Source: Thiovulum sp. ES (GTDB lineage Bacteria; Campylobacterota; Campylobacteria; Campylobacterales; Thiovulaceae). Taken from it: a stretch of DNA of 64,000 nt. The stretch's first letter is position 1; each line of letters begins with the position of its first letter. This document shows positions 61,954 to 64,000 of the stretch, in pieces. The DNA is taken from assembly GCA_000276965.1 (NCBI GenBank), contig AKKQ01000004.1:447-64446 (forward strand). Direction: 5' to 3'. Under the pieces are notes generated by a model. That model was not told the DNA's origin, did no database searches, and saw nothing but the letters and a program-made list of their open reading frames with translations. Position numbers and translations under genes: made by a program.

Positions 61954-61971
61954 TGTCGGAAAAATCCGACA
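61954..61971. terminator. TGTCGGA-family hairpin (tgtcgga-aaaa-tccgaca)
   Basis: 7-bp stem between two co-oriented minus-strand genes. Confidence 0.5.
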
Positions 61972-61976
61972 AAAAT

Positions 61977-62315
61977 CTAATATTCCTCTTTTGTCTTTGC
62001 ACTCTCAATAAGAACAAGACCAATTGAGAAGAGGTTTGCAATAACAGCACCAATTGCAAGAGCAACTGCCACAGAAAGATTTCCATAAACTTCAAGAGCA
62101 ATAAATGCAGGAATCAAATGTAAATCCGCAACAAGCGAACCTGCAAAAAGTTCAGCCGATAAAATATTTCTTACTCCGATTTTTAGAATCGTAGAAGCAA
62201 CATTTAAACTACCTGCGATAAATAGAGCGAGTGAAGAGTGTTCATAAAGAAATCCTGCGGTTGATGTCAAACTCATTAAGATGAAAAAGACATAAACGAC
62301 TTTACTCCATTCCAC
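61977..62315 (-). CDS. Small hypothetical membrane protein (about 4 TM segments)
   Basis: 112-aa hydrophobic ORF that directly abuts the pepA stop. GTG start. Confidence 0.5.
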   Translation of the reverse strand: MEWSKVVYVFFILMSLTSTAGFLYEHSSLALFIAGSLNVASTILKIGVRNILSAELFAGSLVADLHLIPAFIALEVYGNLSVAVALAIGAVIANLFSIGLVLIESAKTKEEY

Positions 62316-63674
62316 CTATTTCTCCAAAGTCTCAATAAATTTAAAGAGTGTTCGGACACCTGTTCCACTAGCTCCTGCAGGATTAAACCCCCAACCTTTT
62401 TCGTTAAAAGCAGGTCCAGCAATATCGATGTGAATCCATTTTTTCTTGTTCTCTTTATCGATAAATTCGTTCAAGAAAAGTCCGGCCGTAATTGCTCCAC
62501 CGTATCGACTATTTGCAATATTTGAAATATCAGCAATACTGCTTTTTAGAGTTTCTCGCAAAAATCTATTGAAAGGTAGAGTTGCTAAATATTCTCCACC
62601 ATCTCGACCAGCTTTTAAAACTCTCTTTTTTAGACTCTCATTATTTCCCATAATTGCTGAAGTGAATTGTCCAATTCCAACAACAGATGCACCTGTTAAA
62701 GTTGCGATGTCAAAAATGTAGTCAAAATCTTTTTCTGTTTTTTGTGCATAAAGAAGAGTGTCGCCAAGAACAAGCCGACCTTCAGCATCAGTGTTTCCAA
62801 TTTCAACAGTTTTTCCGTTCATTGCCGTCAAAACATCATCAGGTTTGTAAGCATTTCCGCCAATCATGTTTTCAGCAAGACCTAAAAATCCGACAACTTC
62901 TACATTTAAATTCATTTCAGAAACAGCTTTCATAACTCCGAGAACAGCAGAAGCACCGCTTTTATCAGACTTCATGTTTTTCATATATTCCGCAGGTTTT
63001 AAACTCAAACCGCCACTATCGTAAGTTAGACCTTTTCCAATTAAAAGAATTTTCTTTTTTGCATCTTTTGGTCGGTGTGCCAATTTTAGTAAAACTGGAG
63101 GATTTACCGAAGCTCGACCAACAGCTGAAAACATTCCCATTCCTTCAGCTTCAATTTCCGCAGAATTTAATCGAGTAATTTCCAACTTATTGCTTTTTGA
63201 GAGTTCTTCACCTAAATTTGCGACACTTTCAGGATACATCTCTTGAGGCATAGAATTCACAATATCTCGAGTAAAATTTGTAGCATCAACAATTGCCTGA
63301 ACTCGTTTTACAGATTTCTTTGCACCTTTGAATTTTTTGACTAAAAGAGTTTGAAAAGGCGACTCTTTTTTTTCGCTCAAATATTTATCAAAAGTGTAAT
63401 TTGAAAGTAGAATTCCTTCAAGAATTTCAGAAAAGTTTTCTGTTTCAGAAATTGAAACCGTAGCGACCTCATCGCTTGATAGCATTCCGATTTTTACAGC
63501 ATTTTGTAAGTTTTTAATTGCTTCGCCACCAGCAAATCTAAATTCCATAGAGTCAGAAATATTCTCAACTTTTTGGATGATTTGCTTTTTTTTCAAATCA
63601 AATTTCGTTTCATTCTCACTAAAAAGAATTTGGAAAGAACCAGAAAGACTTTCAACTATTTCAATTTTCAATAT
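62316..63674 (-). CDS. pepA: Leucyl aminopeptidase (M17)
   Basis: NTDAEGRL, VGKGLTYDSGG and DIAGP. The start is uncertain. TTG 63674 has an AGGA RBS and gives a typical MKIEIV N-terminus. ATG 63743 would extend into the structured region. Confidence 0.9.
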   Translation of the reverse strand: MLKIEIVESLSGSFQILFSENETKFDLKKKQIIQKVENISDSMEFRFAGGEAIKNLQNAVKIGMLSSDEVATVSISETENFSEILEGILLSNYTFDKYLSEKKESPFQTLLVKKFKGAKKSVKRVQAIVDATNFTRDIVNSMPQEMYPESVANLGEELSKSNKLEITRLNSAEIEAEGMGMFSAVGRASVNPPVLLKLAHRPKDAKKKILLIGKGLTYDSGGLSLKPAEYMKNMKSDKSGASAVLGVMKAVSEMNLNVEVVGFLGLAENMIGGNAYKPDDVLTAMNGKTVEIGNTDAEGRLVLGDTLLYAQKTEKDFDYIFDIATLTGASVVGIGQFTSAIMGNNESLKKRVLKAGRDGGEYLATLPFNRFLRETLKSSIADISNIANSRYGGAITAGLFLNEFIDKENKKKWIHIDIAGPAFNEKGWGFNPAGASGTGVRTLFKFIETLEK

Positions 63675-63720
63675 TTTCCTTTTTTTGTGAATTCTAACAA
63701 AGAAATAGTTATTTGAACAA

Positions 63721-64000
63721 ATGGCTTCGCAATCCCCTTCCATAACCTCTCCGCTAAGGTAGGTTTGGGAGGGATCAAGAAGCCATGAGACGACAGTCTC
63801 ATTATCTATGACAAACTTCCATAGATTTATTATCTCGGCACTGTCACTATTTTTATAGGAGAAAAAGACCAGGATAATAGATTCTTGGAGAGAATTAGAA
63901 AAATTTTAAAACCCTTGTCGGAAACGAGAAGGTTGCAGGTCGAGGCAAAAGTTCCTTTTCTTGCAGATAGAAGTCGTCAGACCTTATCATCATTAATTAG
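63721..64000. other. Unassigned structured, apparently non-coding region (candidate ncRNA or long leader); continues past the window edge
   Basis: Stops occur in all six frames apart from the start-less extension of the pepA frame. G+C is locally higher. Perfect helices: 63721-63728/63779-63786 (8 bp), 63785-63791/63796-63802 (7 bp, GACA loop), 63804-63810/63820-63826 (7 bp), 63828-63834/63873-63879 (7 bp). Confidence 0.35.

Larger units (their letters stand above)
334..63475. repeat. Dispersed over-represented 10-mer CGATGAGGTC / GACCTCATCG (53 copies of the 8-mer core counted by eye)
   Basis: See the first finding for coordinates, flank statistics and reading-frame distribution. Confidence 0.85.

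Noticed and set aside
5140-61971. The hairpin arm TCCGAC matches the MmeI recognition pattern TCCRAC, hinting that the local type IIG enzyme targets the hairpins.
   Set aside because: Nothing in the sequence ties this enzyme to MmeI specificity, and a hexamer match is easily coincidental. It is noted only as something a methylome would settle.
3920-62315. Apparent excess of TTG/GTG start codons (gatA, eno, cheY, prmA, moeA, HD-GYP, the SiaC-like gene, the cyclase, hup, the ompA-like gene, XRE, ABC-TMD and others).
   Set aside because: At least 13 of about 58 genes use them. That is within the range seen in many bacteria, and several calls depend on my choice of start, so this is not a distinctive signal.
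334-63475. The recurrent GATGAGGT as a by-product of a common Asp-Glu-Val peptide or of codon bias.
   Set aside because: Only about half of the copies encode DEV. The rest encode TSS, xLI, MR or PH on the opposite strand or in other frames, and one copy is intergenic. A peptide-level explanation therefore fails. A codon-aware null model is still needed for a formal statistic.
334-63475. The 10-mer as a Chi site or a KOPS/AIMS-type polar signal.
   Set aside because: Those signals are strongly co-oriented with replication. Here the split is 29:24 on the + strand of a single 64-kb window. This is not fully excluded, because a terminus or origin inside the window could mask a skew. However, forward and reverse copies are interleaved throughout.
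62316-63743. N-terminal extension of pepA to ATG 63743 (MEGDCEAICSNNYFFVRIHKKRKILKIEIV...) as given by the ORF track.
   Set aside because: The extension is Cys-rich and unlike M17 N-termini, and it overlaps a stable helix. A TTG at 63674 with an AGGA RBS gives a typical MKIEIV start. This remains uncertain, so both are mentioned in the feature.
63721-64000. Identification of the right-edge structured region as tmRNA, RNase P RNA, SRP RNA or a TPP/FMN/cobalamin riboswitch.
   Set aside because: The universally conserved strings of each family are absent on both strands. One partial resemblance (tagataatgagactgtc versus the RNase P CR-IV region) is not followed by the obligatory ACAGAA-CCGGCTTA.
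1-64000. CRISPR arrays, rRNA genes, IS elements/transposases, integrases and recognisable multi-gene defence systems.
   Set aside because: I found no regularly spaced direct repeats, no rRNA-like conserved strings, and no DDE, tyrosine or serine recombinase signatures in any listed ORF.

Overview
This is a 64-kb AT-rich bacterial chromosomal segment (about one-third G+C by eye), densely coding on both strands. It holds about 58 CDS and one tRNA-Leu(CAA). I saw no rRNA, CRISPR array, transposase or integrase. Protein signatures suggest a Campylobacterota-type genome: a PglB/STT3 with WWDYGY, a Helicobacter-like MotA, CheY and HldE. That assignment is inference only.

Most genes are housekeeping: alaS, eno, trxB, nusA, frr, rpsA, dnaX, mutS2, typA, pyrF, pepA, gatA, lgt, sppA, glnD, DAHP synthase, prmA, moeA and tatA. 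There are also chemotaxis and second-messenger signalling genes.

Accessory material:
- A type IIG R-M gene at the left edge, cut off at its 5' end by the window.
- A phage-like remnant of about 2 kb next to it, with a split JAB/MPN gene, an XRE repressor and a Bro-N/KilAC antirepressor.
- A second KilA-N/antirepressor pseudogene about 9 kb away in inverted orientation.

Most notable observations:
1. The asymmetric 10-mer CGATGAGGTC occurs about once per 1.2 kb, in both orientations and in every stop-free reading frame of unrelated genes. This resembles a DNA-uptake-sequence signature.
2. A SiaA/SiaC/SiaB-type partner-switch cassette has a triple solute-binding-domain sensor and a class III nucleotidyl cyclase where the canonical diguanylate cyclase would be.
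3. A family of near-identical TGTCGGA-loop-TCCGACA hairpins sits at gene ends.
4. An HlyD adaptor is paired with an ABC-exporter membrane domain that has no ATPase domain.
5. An HU protein carries a lysine/alanine/proline-rich tail.
6. The right edge has a structured, apparently non-coding stretch that I could not assign to any RNA family.
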